A DNA stretch of 64,000 nucleotides from Methanoregula sp. UBA247 (GCA_002495055.1 DADR01000042.1:18123-82122), one strand, 5' to 3'; numbered from the stretch's first letter, positions 52,044 through 62,421 are shown. Notes: a model not told the origin generated them from the sequence alone. Made by a program: numbers and translations.

Positions 52044-52496
52044 TTATTCTGATCCAAGGACAGGAATATGATCAAGTCCTCCCGATGAAAGTTCACATAA
52101 AAGCCGGTCCGCCCCATTCCTTACCCTTAGTGAAATTTCTTCCCCCATGCCGGCACCTTCCGGCTGGATGCCGATAAGCATGATCCTTTCAACGGTATCT
52201 GAGAGAAAGTCAATGAGCAACGAGAGGGGGAGCTGGTGGGTTCCTATACTCACATCCTCTATTTTATCCCGTGGAATGATCCGGTAATCCCCCGGGGAGA
52301 TACCCATTGCAGCAGCGTCAACAAGTACCAGACAGGATGGCCCGGTTTTCCGTATTATCCCGGTAAAATTCTCCGGGGCAGTTCCGCAGGCAAGAGCAAT
52401 CCAGTCATCTTTCCTGAACCGGTCTGCCACATAGATACCAACACCATCGTCCCCATTTAATGGATTGCCAATCCCCAGCAGGATGTTGGATGTCAT
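52044..52496 (-). CDS. hycI: Hydrogenase maturation endopeptidase (HycI-like)
   Basis: LGIGNPLNGDDGVG, TAPEN, VDAA, THQLPL, GIQP. Confidence 0.92.
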   Translation of the reverse strand: MTSNILLGIGNPLNGDDGVGIYVADRFRKDDWIALACGTAPENFTGIIRKTGPSCLVLVDAAAMGISPGDYRIIPRDKIEDVSIGTHQLPLSLLIDFLSDTVERIMLIGIQPEGAGMGEEISLRVRNGADRLLCELSSGGLDHIPVLGSE

Positions 52497-52546
52497 GATC
52501 TGTGCCCGATCCCTCTTTTATTTTTTATTTCAGATTGTTTTCAGGT

Positions 52547-53944
52547 TTACATGAATACCCGAATCTCCGGATGCAGTGTCTGAAGATCGACCACTACAGC
52601 CTGAGCCGGTGTAGGGTTCACGTTCATCTGTTTCTGAAATGCGGTCTGGGACTGCCACGTACCCGCATTAATCCCGAGCACGCCCCGGTACTGGGTCAGT
52701 CCGCAGATGTGGACGTGACCCGTGTGCAGGATCTCTGGCAACGGGTCAATGATTAACCTGTCAGTTTTTCCTGCAGCAATAGGTGTCCTGCGCCCGTAAG
52801 CCGGAGCAAGGTGTCGTCGCTGGAGCATCTCATCCATCATAAGCCCGCTCTGTTCATAGGATGCACCAGGGATAAGGCCGATCATATCATCGATTGATCG
52901 CCCGTGATACATGAGTACCCGTACTCCCTGAAGGTTAACAAGCGCCGGGTTTTCGACAAGCATGCAGTTCTCAGGAAATGTTTTTGCAAATTGTGGCGGG
53001 ATAACCGGTTGCGGCTCGGCACCTCGGACAACGTCATGGTTACCAGGTGAGATGATAATCTTCATGCGGGAAGGAAGGTCCCGCAGCATCGCACCGAATG
53101 CATCATACTGTTCGTAGATATTTTTGATCACCAGTTCACTTTCCTGGCCCGGGTAGATGCCGATTCCATCAACAAGGTCTCCTGCAATCAGGAGGTACGA
53201 AAAATCAGAATCAGAAAGCCAGTCCGCGAACCGGTTCCAGCACTCTTCGAGGAACGTGTCACTGCCGACATGGACATCTGAGATAAAGACCGCTTTGCCT
53301 GGTTGTTTGCTTGTATAGGGCGTGTTATCGATACGTATGTCCGGGCGGTACATCTGTTCTGCAAAAAAGAGTTTTCCGTCATTGGAGAGTTTGCCTTTCA
53401 CCCCGATTACTTCATCATGGATAATGCGTTCTGCATCGGAAAAGACCGGGCGGTCTTTTCGGAAGAGTACGGGAATGTTTGCAGAAGAATCCTCTATCTC
53501 GGCAATCCGGTGACCATTTGTCGTTGTCTTAACGTCGATAACCATGCCGATAATGGTACATTCTTCCTGGCGATAGCGGGTATTCCGGGTCAGGGCTTCG
53601 ATTGGCATGGCACTGCACCGGTTCCGGATCATACCTCCAAGACGGTTATACCGGTCGCGGAAATAGTGGAGGTAGTCACTTGTTCCGTTCACACAACCAG
53701 ATGTTCCCGGGCTGCCACTGATTACTTCAACCGAAGGGTCTGTGAGGAACCGTGTCCCGTCCCGTGTTGCATTCATGCCGGGGATATGTTTTGCAGAAAC
53801 TACGATGGTTTCCCCGGGAACCTTTGCGATGATGCGCTCGATGAGATCCAGCTCATCCTGTTCCTGGATATAGCGCACGACATCGGGATGCACCTGCAGT
53901 TTGGTCTCAAGAAACCGGAGGGTAATCTGCTGTGCATCGAGCAT
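52547..53944 (-). CDS. DNA polymerase D small (exonuclease) subunit DP1
   Basis: YFRDRY, ISDVHVGS, AGDLVDG, PGNHD, YHGRS, RRHLAP, TGHVH. Confidence 0.96.
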   Translation of the reverse strand: MLDAQQITLRFLETKLQVHPDVVRYIQEQDELDLIERIIAKVPGETIVVSAKHIPGMNATRDGTRFLTDPSVEVISGSPGTSGCVNGTSDYLHYFRDRYNRLGGMIRNRCSAMPIEALTRNTRYRQEECTIIGMVIDVKTTTNGHRIAEIEDSSANIPVLFRKDRPVFSDAERIIHDEVIGVKGKLSNDGKLFFAEQMYRPDIRIDNTPYTSKQPGKAVFISDVHVGSDTFLEECWNRFADWLSDSDFSYLLIAGDLVDGIGIYPGQESELVIKNIYEQYDAFGAMLRDLPSRMKIIISPGNHDVVRGAEPQPVIPPQFAKTFPENCMLVENPALVNLQGVRVLMYHGRSIDDMIGLIPGASYEQSGLMMDEMLQRRHLAPAYGRRTPIAAGKTDRLIIDPLPEILHTGHVHICGLTQYRGVLGINAGTWQSQTAFQKQMNVNPTPAQAVVVDLQTLHPEIRVFM

Positions 53945-54083
53945 GCATAGTATATTGGTCGTGGACAAAATATAGGGTTTTATTTTGACATTGCAAAACC
54001 CGGGGTGTCAGGCTGGGTCGATGATGAATAATTGATATTCTTTTCAGACGAAGTTACTATGAGGAAATTTACACCGATCCCCT

Positions 54084-54704
54084 ATGTACGATTTAATCCA
54101 GATGCTTATCCTCGGATTTGTTATCGGTTTAACCGGAGCGCTCGCTCCCGGTCCAACACTGGTTGCAACCATTAATGCATCCATTGGGGGTAACTGGACG
54201 ACCGGGTTGAAAGTCTCTCTTGGACATTTGATCGTAGAGCTTGTTCTCGTTATCCTGATCCTTTTTGGACTGGCAGCAGTTGCGCTTCCCTATACATCGG
54301 CGATTGCAGGAATTGGCGGAATCGCGTTGATTGTTTTCGGAGGGCTGACAATCGCAGACAGCAGGAAGGCTACTATGAGTAGTACACCAGTTCAATCGTT
54401 TACCAATCCCTATATGGCAGGACTGGTTACCAGTGCGGCAAATCCTTATTTCTGGATCTGGTGGCTTTCGATAGGGAGTGCGATGGTACTTGCCGGACTT
54501 CAGGGTGGGGTGTTGCTCGTGGGAATTTTCATGATCGGGCACTGGTCGGCAGACACCGTGTGGTACACACTGGTTTCAACCGGTGTATCAAAAGGCAGTA
54601 CAATACTTCCAGATTCTGCATACCGGAAGATCATTGCTCTCTGCGGTATATTCCTCATCCTTTTTGGGATTTACTACCTGTCACGCCTTTTAATTTCATC
54701 GTGA
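54084..54704 (+). CDS. LysE-family translocator
   Basis: GALAPGP, TSAANPYFWIWW. Confidence 0.9.
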   Translation: MYDLIQMLILGFVIGLTGALAPGPTLVATINASIGGNWTTGLKVSLGHLIVELVLVILILFGLAAVALPYTSAIAGIGGIALIVFGGLTIADSRKATMSSTPVQSFTNPYMAGLVTSAANPYFWIWWLSIGSAMVLAGLQGGVLLVGIFMIGHWSADTVWYTLVSTGVSKGSTILPDSAYRKIIALCGIFLILFGIYYLSRLLISS

Positions 54705-54791
54705 AATCCTATGGCATTTTATAATGCCACATGGCTAATTATGAAGGGCTAACAGTTTTAATAAAAAACCAGATCAAAGAGTGTTTGAGAA

Positions 54792-55499
54792 ATGGCAGAT
54801 AATGATAACAAACGGGATATCCGCACACTGGTCTCACAATTCCGAAAAAGTGATCACTGGGCGGTGTCCATGGCGCGCGATCTGTTCTGGATAGTGGCTG
54901 TTGTTGGGGGGATCGCACTTGCCTTGTTTTTAATCTGCGGTACATGGCCTGCAGTTGTCACTATTGAATCCCAGAGTATGATCCCTCATATGAACGTAGG
55001 GGACCTTGTTGTCGTTGTCCAGAAGGATCGTTACGGTGCTTTCGAAACATGGTCTGACGGGGAAAAGAGCGGCAGAATAATGTTTGGGGATTATGGTGAC
55101 GTTATCATCTACAAGCCGAACGGTCTAACCAGCATTCATCCAATTATCCATCGGGCAATACAGTATATGGATAATGAACCGGTTACAGAAATCAAGGGAA
55201 TGAAGCTTCTGGGAAATTATACCCCTCCTCATCCAGGATATATCACCTGGGGGGATAACAATCCGCGTCCTGACCAGGGTCTCAATTATCCTGGTATTGG
55301 CATTATTGAGCCCGTAAAAGAGGAATGGGTGATTGGGAAGTCTCTCTTTGCCGTCCCCCTGGTAGGATACCTCCCCCTCCATATTATTGAAGTGACCATC
55401 GTTATTATTGGCATCATGATACTGCATGAGTTGTATCTGCGTTCACAGGAGGATAAAAAGGGGAAGCGGCTAAATAAAACCGGGAAAAAAAAGCGCTAG
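54792..55499 (+). CDS. S26 signal peptidase (Sec11-type)
   Basis: IESQSM.PHM..GD, IIHRA, ITWGDNN. Confidence 0.9.
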   Translation: MADNDNKRDIRTLVSQFRKSDHWAVSMARDLFWIVAVVGGIALALFLICGTWPAVVTIESQSMIPHMNVGDLVVVVQKDRYGAFETWSDGEKSGRIMFGDYGDVIIYKPNGLTSIHPIIHRAIQYMDNEPVTEIKGMKLLGNYTPPHPGYITWGDNNPRPDQGLNYPGIGIIEPVKEEWVIGKSLFAVPLVGYLPLHIIEVTIVIIGIMILHELYLRSQEDKKGKRLNKTGKKKR

Positions 55500-55514
55500 A
55501 CAATTGGGGGAATT

Positions 55515-56600
55515 ATGTCAGTTATTTCAACCCTCCTCACAGATGTACTCGGCGGACATCGTCTTACTGAGGCAGAAGCAATCCAGCTTCTGAATACACG
55601 GGATCGTGATGTTTTCCAGATTGCGGCAGCTGCAGATGAGATGCGGGAACACCGGGCTGGTGACACGGTCACTTATGTAAAAAACCAGAACCTGCATGTG
55701 ACCAATATCTGTAAGAACCTCTGTGGATTCTGTGGTTTTGGCAGGAGTGCGATGGATGAAGGAGCGTATTGCAATGATAAGGCAGCAATCCAGGCAAAGA
55801 CACGTCTTGCGCTCGAACGGGGTGTTACGGAGATCTGTCCACTGAGCGGAGTGCATCCGGAATTTACCACCGATACGTACTGCGATCTGATCTCATGGGT
55901 GCATGAGATAGGACCGCATATTCACCTGCACGCGTTCAGCCCGGATGAGGTTTCCCACGCAGCATTCAGGAGCAATCTTTCAAGCATCGAAGTGTTAAAA
56001 CGATTAAAGGCTGCCGGCCTGGGATCGTTGCAGGGAACAGCTGCAGAGATTCTTGTTGACTCCGTGAGAAAGGTGATCTGCCCCCGGAAATTAGGTACTG
56101 GAGAATGGGTGCGAATTATCAAAGAAGCACATGCACTGGGGATCCCATCGACGGTAACTATTATGTACGGTACTTGTGAGACCGCAAAGGACCAGGCTGA
56201 ACATCTGGGAATCCTGCGCACTATACAGGATGAAACGATGGGTTTTACTGAACTGGTTCCCCTGACTTACATCCACACGAATACTCCGCTCTATAAAGCG
56301 GGTATCGCCCGCGCAGGTGCGACAGGCCGGGAAGATCTGCTGATGATAGCTGTTTCCCGGCTGTTTTTGGATAATTTCGATAATATTCAGGTTCCCTGGG
56401 GGAAGCTTGGACTGAAGATGTCGCAGATGATGTTGTTAGCCGGAGGTAATGATCTAGCCGGTACCATGTTTTCCGATGATATATCGGTAAATGCAGGGGC
56501 AGGCGATGCAGACTATCTTGATCCCGTAATTATGGAACGGATGGTTTCAGACCTTGGGAGAACCCTGCGGGAGAGGACAACCCTGTATAAACGGATTTAA
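55515..56600 (+). CDS. cofH: FO synthase subunit CofH-family radical SAM, copy 1
   Basis: NICKNLCGFCGF, GTAAEIL, IMYGTCE, GFTELVPL, GGNDLAGT. Confidence 0.88.
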   Translation: MSVISTLLTDVLGGHRLTEAEAIQLLNTRDRDVFQIAAAADEMREHRAGDTVTYVKNQNLHVTNICKNLCGFCGFGRSAMDEGAYCNDKAAIQAKTRLALERGVTEICPLSGVHPEFTTDTYCDLISWVHEIGPHIHLHAFSPDEVSHAAFRSNLSSIEVLKRLKAAGLGSLQGTAAEILVDSVRKVICPRKLGTGEWVRIIKEAHALGIPSTVTIMYGTCETAKDQAEHLGILRTIQDETMGFTELVPLTYIHTNTPLYKAGIARAGATGREDLLMIAVSRLFLDNFDNIQVPWGKLGLKMSQMMLLAGGNDLAGTMFSDDISVNAGAGDADYLDPVIMERMVSDLGRTLRERTTLYKRI

Positions 56601-56678
56601 AGAATAGAAAAAAAGTACAAAAACAAAAAAAGTGATGACCTTCAACCGCAAACCAAGGCATTCATCCAAAAAAAGTTA

Positions 56679-56978
56679 TCAGAGAAGTTCCAGCGCCTGC
56701 CGTCCGGTCATTCCGGTACGGATCCCGCGGCCTGAAGCAGAACGGTTTGCCTCCTTGACAATCCCTTTCAGGATATCATCGGTATCAACAATCGAGGGTC
56801 CGATTGCGGGTCTAACCTTAGCCGCCGGATAGCTGAAGGAATCAAGCGCTGCAACGTCAAAAGCGCCGCACCCAACCATCCCTGCATCGGTCATTACCGC
56901 GACAAGATTCGCCGGTCCAAGGGGAATAATATATCCTTTCGCTACCTTTCTGGTCAGTTGAACTTCAACCTGTTCCAT
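56679..56978 (-). CDS. YunC/DUF1805 family protein
   Basis: GMVGCGAFDVAAL, GMTGRQALE. Confidence 0.85.
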   Translation of the reverse strand: MEQVEVQLTRKVAKGYIIPLGPANLVAVMTDAGMVGCGAFDVAALDSFSYPAAKVRPAIGPSIVDTDDILKGIVKEANRSASGRGIRTGMTGRQALELL

Positions 56979-57099
56979 ATCTCTCCAGTAGAGATGATTA
57001 GTGCAGGGGGATTAATAATCATGTGGCGTGGAGAATACGATACAGATATTTCTCTTTAAAGACGCCATAATGTTTCTGAAGAGTATCCTGGAGTGAGCT

Positions 57100-58188
57100 A
57101 TGGAGAATTCCCTGCGGACATTGTTGGACGATATAAAAACCGGTCACCGGATGAGCGAAGACGAAGCACTGGAGCTGTTCCAGATCCGGGACCGACAGGT
57201 CTGGCAGATTGCGGCAGCTGCAGATGAGATGCGGGAACAACGAGTCGGTAACGTAGTTACCTATGTCAGGAACCAGAACATCAATGTGACTAATCTCTGT
57301 GTCAATGCCTGCGGCTTCTGCGGTTTTTCAAAAAAACCCGGTGATGACGGCATCTATTTTCACGACAAGTCCGAGATCCAGAAAAAGGCAACCCTCGCAA
57401 AAATGCGTGAAGTCTCTGAAATTTGTACGGTCAGCGGGCTCCATCCGGATTTTGATGCCCGTTCCTATTGCGATGTCTACCGCTGGATCCATGAGGCTGC
57501 GCCCGGTGTTCACCTTCATGCAAGCAATCCAATGGAAGTTGCGTATGCTGCTAAAAAGAGCCATTTGAGCACGCATGAAGTACTGACCGCGATGAAGGAG
57601 GCAGGACTGGGGTCAATGTGCGGGACGGCAGCGGAGATCCTTGTTGATGCGATCCGTAAAAAAATCTGTGCGCAGAAGATTTCCACGGATGAATGGGTAC
57701 GCATTATCCGGGAAGCGCATGCCATGGACATTCCAACGACTGCGACGATCATGTATGGTCATTGCGAGAGTGAAGAAGACCGGGTGCATCACCTCTCAAT
57801 CCTGCGTGAAATTCAGGATGAGACGCACGGGTTCACCGAATTTGTCCCTCTCTCGTTTATCCATATGAATACCCCCCTCTACCGGGCAGGAACCGCCCGG
57901 GCGGGAGCAACAGGAAGAGAAGATCTCCTGATGGTTGCTATTGCACGCCTGTTTCTGGACAACTTTCGAAATATCCAGGTTTCGTGGGTGAAAGAGGGCA
58001 TCAAGATGGCCCAGTTAGGGTTGGTTGCCGGTGCCAACGATCTGGGAGGAACGATGTTTGAAGAGAGCATATCAAAAGGGGCAGGAGCAGTCAATACCGA
58101 TTACCTCGACCCTGCTGAGATGCAGCGGGTTGCAGAGGATGTTGGCCGGACGCTCAGGCGCCGTACAACGCTCTATGAACTGGTCTGA
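57100..58188 (+). CDS. cofH: FO synthase subunit CofH, copy 2
   Basis: NLCVNACGFCGF, GTAAEIL, TIMYGH.E, GFTEFVPLSF, IQVSWVK, GANDLGGT. Confidence 0.92.
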   Translation: MENSLRTLLDDIKTGHRMSEDEALELFQIRDRQVWQIAAAADEMREQRVGNVVTYVRNQNINVTNLCVNACGFCGFSKKPGDDGIYFHDKSEIQKKATLAKMREVSEICTVSGLHPDFDARSYCDVYRWIHEAAPGVHLHASNPMEVAYAAKKSHLSTHEVLTAMKEAGLGSMCGTAAEILVDAIRKKICAQKISTDEWVRIIREAHAMDIPTTATIMYGHCESEEDRVHHLSILREIQDETHGFTEFVPLSFIHMNTPLYRAGTARAGATGREDLLMVAIARLFLDNFRNIQVSWVKEGIKMAQLGLVAGANDLGGTMFEESISKGAGAVNTDYLDPAEMQRVAEDVGRTLRRRTTLYELV

Positions 58189-58227
58189 CGGAAATCTATC
58201 CGTACCAGCATTTTAACAAGAGGGTCA

Positions 58228-58683
58228 ACGAGAAGAACCGATCGTGAGATTACCGATCTCAATAAAATTGAATCTATCCTCAATAATGCGACAATCCGCG
58301 GGATTGGGTTGGCTGATGGGAGTAAGCCGTATATTGTTCCGGTCTGTTTTGGCTATCTGAAAGGAAGGATCAACCATCAGTCATCCTTGTCCGGATAAAA
58401 GATTATGATGCTGGAAAAAAATCCAACGTGCTGCTTTGAGGTTGACCAGTGTGGCACTATCATACATTCAGAGAATCCCGGTTCATGGGGAATGCGATAC
58501 CGGAGTGTGATCGGTTTTGGCAGGGCGCATTTCATTGCAGATGGTAATGAGAAGAAACAAGGCTTAACCTGCATCATGAACCATTACGGGAGCGGGATGC
58601 ACGAGTTTTCTGATGATGACATCAGAAATGTCTGTGTAATCAGGATTGACAGTGATTCGATGACGGGAAAAAAGCATGATTGA
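58228..58683 (+). pseudogene. Pyridoxamine 5'-phosphate oxidase-like (NimA-type) flavoprotein pseudogene
   Basis: ACG-RRTDREITD..., PYIVPVCFGY, in-frame TAA at 58396-58398, then NPTCCFEVD, YRSVIGFG. Confidence 0.85.
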
Positions 58684-58702
58684 GGGAAAAGCATTTTTTG
58701 GA

Positions 58703-59257
58703 TCAATGGTGGTTGCGTTTCACAAGCCGGACGATTTTATCCCCGATCTTCTGTGCATTCTGAACGGCCTCTGCATCATTAAGAACATCTCCTTTATGAT
58801 ACCCTTTTCCCTTGACGCAACCCAACGAAGAAAATTCATGCGTGCTTAAGAACCCCTCGAGCGTCTGGATCGTCCGGCTTGCTCCCTTATGTGCCTGGAC
58901 AGCTACGGCAACACCTTTCCTGCCCGCAAGCTTCCGGTCATGGTAGAGTGAATACGTGCGATCGATGAAGTTTTTCAAATGACCACAGACGTCATAATAA
59001 TAGGTCGGTGAACCGATAATGAGTACATCGCAATCCAGTACTTTCTGTATCACATCATCCCAGTCATCGTTCTCTATTACACACCACTTCTTCTCCTTGC
59101 ATTTCTCACAGCCAAGACACGGGTGGATCTTCTTTCCTGAAAGGGAAATAAATTCAGTCTTGATGCCGTGGGCGTGGCAACGGTCGAGAATGACGTTGAC
59201 CAGATCTGCAGTATTGCCATCCTTACGCATGCTTCCCGATATCCCGAGCACTTTCAT
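58703..59257 (-). CDS. Iron-sulfur flavoprotein (Isf/flavodoxin family)
   Basis: GISGSMRKDGNT, CLGCEKC...C, GSPTYY, KNFIDR. Confidence 0.9.
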   Translation of the reverse strand: MKVLGISGSMRKDGNTADLVNVILDRCHAHGIKTEFISLSGKKIHPCLGCEKCKEKKWCVIENDDWDDVIQKVLDCDVLIIGSPTYYYDVCGHLKNFIDRTYSLYHDRKLAGRKGVAVAVQAHKGASRTIQTLEGFLSTHEFSSLGCVKGKGYHKGDVLNDAEAVQNAQKIGDKIVRLVKRNHH

Positions 59258-59265
59258 ATGTTATC

Positions 59266-59715
59266 CTATACCTGTGGATTTATGATAGTTTTCATGACCG
59301 GGTCGAGCTGGAGTTCGCGGAATGCAGCGAGGACCTCCTGCTTTGGATCACCCTGCCGGTACAAGAGATGCGACGTGCAGGAGCAGTCGCTGCAGCCAAA
59401 CTTCGGAATCCCGCAGTCGTTTAGTTCCCGGGCAAGCCGGCATTCCAGACGATCTGCCGTGACTGCAAAGACTGCATATACGAGAGAAAAACAGCGTGAA
59501 GTAAGAAGATAATCAACATGCCATTTCGGTTTTTTGTTACGCAATTGGGCGAGGGATATATGACGATCAAGCCGTTTTAATCCCCCACTACCCAGGGCGG
59601 ATCCAACATAGATATTCCAGCCAGCCTGAAACGCAACGGCTTCCAATGCACCAACCCAGACTGTGCATTCATGATTTTCAAAAACAAGGCAGTAGATTCC
59701 CTTATCCATAACCAC
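59266..59715 (-). CDS. DUF123/GIY-YIG (Uri) endonuclease-like protein
   Basis: KGIYCL, YVGSA, KWHVDYLL, FGCSDCSC.SHL. Confidence 0.88.
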   Translation of the reverse strand: MVMDKGIYCLVFENHECTVWVGALEAVAFQAGWNIYVGSALGSGGLKRLDRHISLAQLRNKKPKWHVDYLLTSRCFSLVYAVFAVTADRLECRLARELNDCGIPKFGCSDCSCTSHLLYRQGDPKQEVLAAFRELQLDPVMKTIINPQV

Positions 59716-60304
59716 TCTTCATCAGCCCCAGTGCCGCGGCGATATGGCGGCTCCCGCCGGTTTCAACCGGTTCACCATGACCGGGATAAAGTCCCTCCAC
59801 TTCAAGGAGCGAGAGCCGGTTGAGTGACCGTGCAAGTTCCATCCTGCTACCCCCGGGGAAATCATAACGCCCGAAACATCCGTCAGAAAAAACAGTATCT
59901 CCGCTGATAAGTGCATGGTCCCGTTCAGAAAAGAGGCAGATACTCCCCGGTGTATGGCCTGGTGTATGAAGGACTTTCAGTTCTCCGATAATATCACTTT
60001 CAGCAAGTACGATATCAGGAACAATACCCGGAGAACGTGCACCAAAGTTCATGGACAGGCTCTGGGTGTCATCAACAAGCCCCCGTGCATCATTTTTATG
60101 AATGGCGACCTTCGCTTTACACATGAAAGCAATCTCTTTTACCCGGGCAGTATGATCAAAGTGGCAGTGTGTCAGGACGATTGTTTCGATCTCATCTTTG
60201 TATGGCTGGATAGCCATTGGCGACACACCGGCGTCAACAAGAATCGTGCCGTAAATATAGGAGTTCGCATAAGCAGACTGTTCGGGAACCCATATAACCT
60301 GCAT
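59702..60304 (-). CDS. MBL-fold metallo-hydrolase
   Basis: THCHFDH, HTPGHT.G, SGDTVF, PGHG. Confidence 0.92.
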   Translation of the reverse strand: MQVIWVPEQSAYANSYIYGTILVDAGVSPMAIQPYKDEIETIVLTHCHFDHTARVKEIAFMCKAKVAIHKNDARGLVDDTQSLSMNFGARSPGIVPDIVLAESDIIGELKVLHTPGHTPGSICLFSERDHALISGDTVFSDGCFGRYDFPGGSRMELARSLNRLSLLEVEGLYPGHGEPVETGGSRHIAAALGLMKSGYG

Positions 60305-60329
60305 GCACAATAATAAGGACTCCCGACAG

Positions 60330-61631
60330 ATGTTTCTTATGGATTCACTGATCCGCAGATGTGCTTCCGGTCCTTCACCGGAACTAAAAGGAGTGGCACG
60401 AGCGGAAGGGATGGATCCGGCGCGCTTTGCACGGGGTATCGAAGCCGGAAGGATTGTAATTCCGGGAAACCCGAAGCGGGTACACCGGGAGTGCGCGATC
60501 GGTGAAGGGTGCCAGGTCAAAATAAATGTGAATATCGGGACCTCTGGCACCCGCTGCGATCCTGCGCTTGAAGAGGAAAAGGCACAAGCGGCACTCAGTA
60601 ATGGTGCTGATGCCCTTATGGATCTCTCCACCGGGGGGAATCTCGTCGCGATCCGGAGAAAAATCCTGGCATTTGATACAACGGTGGGGACTGTGCCGGT
60701 TTATGAAGCGGTGCGGCGGGCGGGTAATGCCGGCGATGTCGATGCTGACCTGCTTTTCCGCGTCATCCGCGAGCACTGCCAGCAGGGTGTGGACTTCCTG
60801 ACGCTTCATTGTGGGGTAAACCGGCAGGCACTCGCAGCACTCAGGAGCGATCCGCGGGTGATGGGTGTGGTGAGCCGGGGAGGATCCTTCCACTGTGCGA
60901 TGATGATGCAACGGGATGAGGAGAACCCGCTGTATGCTGAATACGATTACCTGTTAGAGATCCTCGCGGAGCACGATGTGACAATCAGTCTCGGGGACGG
61001 AATGCGCCCCGGCTGCCTGCAGGATGCAGAGAAACTTGCAAAATCAGTGGAGTATATCACGCTCGGCACGCTGGCAAAACAGGCCCTCGCAAAAGGTGTC
61101 CAGCGGATGATCGAGGGACCGGGACATATGCCGCTCGACCAGGTGGGCTATAATGTGCGGATGATCAAAGAGATCACCGACCATGCCCCGCTCTACCTTC
61201 TCGGACCGCTCGTCACCGATATCGCGCCAGGATACGATCATGTAGTTGCCGCCATAGGTGGTGCAACAGCCTGCATGAACGGTGCCGACTTCCTCTGCAT
61301 GGTTTCACCGAGCGAGCACCTCGCGCTGCCGGATGTTGCGGACATCATCGAGGGGACACGGGTGGCAAAGATTGCTGCCCATATCGGGGACACCGTCCGG
61401 ATGAACGAAGGCTGGCGGATGGACCGCGAGGTGAAGATGGCCGAAGCCCGGCATTCGCTTGACTGGGATGCCCAGTTCAGACTTGCGCTCTTTGGTGATC
61501 ATGCGAAGAGGATCCACTGCCGTGACGGGGATATGGAGACCTGCTCAATGTGCGGGGATTTGTGTGCGATTAAAGTAGTGAACGAGCTGTTTGGGACGGG
61601 AAAGAAAGGGAAAACGAAGAAGAATAAGTAA
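60330..61631 (+). CDS. thiC: ThiC/BzaAB/BzaF-family radical SAM enzyme
   Basis: KINVNIGTS, MDLSTGG, GTVPVY, SRGGS, LGDGMRPG, EGPGH, CSMCGDLC. Confidence 0.88.
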   Translation: MFLMDSLIRRCASGPSPELKGVARAEGMDPARFARGIEAGRIVIPGNPKRVHRECAIGEGCQVKINVNIGTSGTRCDPALEEEKAQAALSNGADALMDLSTGGNLVAIRRKILAFDTTVGTVPVYEAVRRAGNAGDVDADLLFRVIREHCQQGVDFLTLHCGVNRQALAALRSDPRVMGVVSRGGSFHCAMMMQRDEENPLYAEYDYLLEILAEHDVTISLGDGMRPGCLQDAEKLAKSVEYITLGTLAKQALAKGVQRMIEGPGHMPLDQVGYNVRMIKEITDHAPLYLLGPLVTDIAPGYDHVVAAIGGATACMNGADFLCMVSPSEHLALPDVADIIEGTRVAKIAAHIGDTVRMNEGWRMDREVKMAEARHSLDWDAQFRLALFGDHAKRIHCRDGDMETCSMCGDLCAIKVVNELFGTGKKGKTKKNK

Positions 61632-61785
61632 GGAATTGTTCGCCTTTCATATACCCGAATCCCTTTTTCCCGCGGAAATCACATTCGAAAATATCTTTCT
61701 TCCGAACAGTCAGACAGGGAATGTGCCAGTATTTGCATGCAATACCTTATTCTGGCAGAAATCTGATCACTCTCCTGGATCAGGT

Positions 61786-62421
61786 ATGCAGACTGAAGAG
61801 ATCGATGCTCTCTACAAAAAGGTACCGCTGGCGAGGATCCCGTGGAATATTGAGTCCCCCCCGGATGTGCTTACCGGTCTCGTAAAGAGCGGGAGGATCA
61901 GGCCGTGCCGGGCGATCGATCTCGGGTGCGGTGCCGGTAATTACGCGGTCTGGCTCGCCGGGCTTGGTTTTGACGTGACCGGTGTTGACAGTTCCCCGAC
62001 CGCGATACAGATCGCACGCGAGAATGCGGAAAAGAAAGGAGTCCGATGCACGTTTGTCGTCGCTGATCTTCTCGCGGACCTTCAGCCCGTAGAGGGCACA
62101 TTCGATTTTGCCTACGACTACGAGTTCCTTCACCATCTCCTCATGGAAGAGCGGGTGGTCTATATCAAAAACGTATACCGGCTTACCCGCCCACATGCAA
62201 CCTACCTTTCGGTCTGTTTCAGCGACGAGGACCCCCAGTTCGGGGGGCACGGTAAAATCCGAAAGACGCCACTTGGGACACTGCTGTATTTCTCGTCCGA
62301 AGATGAAATCCGGGATCTGGTATCTCCGCACTTTCGCATCCTTGAACTGAAGACGATGAAAGTCGCGGCGAAGTTCGGGGGAATCCATAAAGCGATTTGC
62401 GTGCTTTGCGAGAGAAAGTGA
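61786..62421 (+). CDS. Class I SAM-dependent methyltransferase (TPMT/TehB-like)
   Basis: IPW...P, IDLGCGAG, TGVDSSPTAI. Confidence 0.88.
   Translation: MQTEEIDALYKKVPLARIPWNIESPPDVLTGLVKSGRIRPCRAIDLGCGAGNYAVWLAGLGFDVTGVDSSPTAIQIARENAEKKGVRCTFVVADLLADLQPVEGTFDFAYDYEFLHHLLMEERVVYIKNVYRLTRPHATYLSVCFSDEDPQFGGHGKIRKTPLGTLLYFSSEDEIRDLVSPHFRILELKTMKVAAKFGGIHKAICVLCERK

Noticed and set aside
37890-58398. In-frame stops as possible Sec/Pyl recoding (flavodoxin TGA near 37902, PNPOx TAA at 58396)
   Set aside because: The first comes with several frameshifts and the second is ochre; both are pseudogene lesions.
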